A DNA stretch of 24,483 nucleotides from Ginkgo biloba (taxonomy: Eukaryota; Plantae; Ginkgophyta): assembly GCA_024626585.2 (NCBI GenBank), contig JANKJI020000004.1, positions 137,560,428 through 137,584,910 on the forward strand, read 5' to 3'. This document shows, piece by piece, positions 23,167-24,483 of this stretch. Within the stretch, counting starts at the first letter, position 1. Each line of letters begins with the position of its first letter. The notes beneath the pieces are model-generated. The model made no database searches and was not told the origin of the DNA. It saw nothing but the letters and a program-made list of their open reading frames with translations. A program made the translations under genes and the position numbers.

Positions 23167-23470
23167 CAGAAATTAGCTTGGAGACTAATGGTCCAAAAAT
23201 TCCCGAAGAAGCTGCTTGTACAATAGCTGCCTTATCATGCTCGCATAGATTGTACAACAGCTGCTCTGCTTGCAACTTCTGGTCATTGGTGCACAAATTG
23301 AAAGCACTGGCAACCACAACCACAGATGCCTTTTCTGCCAGAATTGCAGCCCTCCCACGCTCTGTTTTAGATATTTCCCAGAGCAACTGCACTGGTCCAC
23401 CATTTCCTGCTGGATTTCGATGGAGTAAACGCAACAAGATTGGTACTGCTCCTGCCTCTATTATGGAAGA
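23167..23470 (-). CDS. PUB43/PUB44-like: Internal exon of the same PUB/ARM gene (304 nt)
   Basis: Translates SSIIEAGAVPILLRLLHR...VQLLWEISK...AEQLLYNLCEHDKAAIVQAASSGIFGPLVSKLISG, matching the SAUL1-type ARM region after the U-box (cf. AVSLLFELSK...QMASYGRLQPLLGKLLEG). A pyrimidine-rich acceptor ...ttttccattgaattaaag| precedes 23470 and a strong donor G|GTAAGC follows 23167 (phase 1). Upstream exons including the U-box are not seen in the window. Confidence 0.85.
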
Positions 23471-23799
23471 CTTTAATTCAATGGAAAATAACAAAAGATG
23501 AGAATCTGGAAAACCAGGACAACCAATTCAGGTGAAAAACAATGATTTCAGAGAAATGAACTTAAATGTTTCTCATGCTTCAGAGATATGCTGGCACAAC
23601 AGACTTCACACTTTTCCTGGAATTTTATCTCACCTCTCCTCCCAAAAGCCAAAATAACTCAAGATTATGTTTTAACAGGATCATATGCAAACCCAAAAGG
23701 ATGTCTTAATATCAAGATCCTTACTCCATTTTTTAATAAGTCCTTGATGTGATATACTTGAAAATTGTAACTATTCAATAAGAGGATGATACTATCATA

Positions 23800-24374
23800 T
23801 GTTAGGAAACATTTACAGCCCAGAATTTCATTTACTTTTGATATATAACAATGGGAAGGCCCCCATAAAGGGAGTGGAGGATATTGGGGAAATACAGAAG
23901 GACAAAGTAGTTGACTCCTCAGAGAGAGATACAATTATTGTTAGCAGGATTCTTGTAACAAGACAAATTAGTCAAGTAACAATAAATCTGTACAATGACA
24001 GACGATGGTGGCACCCAATGACATGGAAACCTTGTATGATGCTTTGGCAACATAGTGTATTACATGGCCAAACCAGCACAATGATGTGGCAAAACCAGCA
24101 TGATGACATGGCATCTTTGATGACAGCATGATGACAGGGCATCCTTGATGACAGGGCAGCCTTGGAAAAGCAGCACATGACATCAGCCAGCATTTATACA
24201 GGCTGACATCAGCATAAAACCACATTAATTACTGTTGGAAAACCACATTTATTGCTGGTCAAAGACAGTCAAAGTCACAGAAAATGATAGCATTTCTCCA
24301 TTGTTTGTTGTTGTTTTTCCACTGGTTTGCCGACTTCTATTGCTGCTTCTCGTGAGCAATTCTACCTGCCAACA
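23800..24374 (-). mobile_element. 575-bp LTR in the intron upstream of the 23470 exon; adjoining element sequence probably continues past the window end
   Basis: Termini TGTTAG (23800) and CCAACA (24374), i.e. TG..CA with TGTT/AACA inverted ends. It contains short gcatgatgacag-like repeats at about 24095-24160. The flanks give no TSD, so this is one LTR of a larger element. The minus orientation is tentative, based on the purine-rich gggcgaga before TGTTGG. Confidence 0.6.
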
Positions 24375-24483
24375 TCTCGCCCGGGGTTGCTCCATTGAAT
24401 GTCCTCATTCAAAATTTTTGAAACCTTTGTTGCTGCTACCCTTGCCCCTCAAAAATTTTCTTCTTCTTATCTTGACTCATCTA

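Overview
AT-rich, gap-riddled eukaryotic DNA from a draft plant genome, most likely a gymnosperm judging by the style of the retroelements. It is not prokaryotic: I see no operon, CRISPR array, rRNA or tRNA. The only host gene is the 3' part of a minus-strand ARM-repeat gene of the plant U-box PUB43/PUB44 (SAUL1)-like family, with exons at about 23167-23470, 22819-22878 and 20416-21390. Its long last exon appears broken by an LTR-like insert, a gap and a tandem repeat, and roughly 150-170 codons cannot be found in the window. The rest is decayed mobile DNA: a gag + extra-ORF LTR element with no visible pol (2653-6599), a CACTA transposase relic (9617-11405), an LTR pair with PBS and PPT but only about 0.7 kb of internal sequence (11693-15660), several L1-type LINE fragments (16200-20100), further LTR ends, and local duplications. 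I found no convincing new biological system. The best leads are the disrupted or possibly splice-rescued PUB gene and the two pol-less retroelements. All homologies come from hand translation and recalled family motifs, not from database searches.
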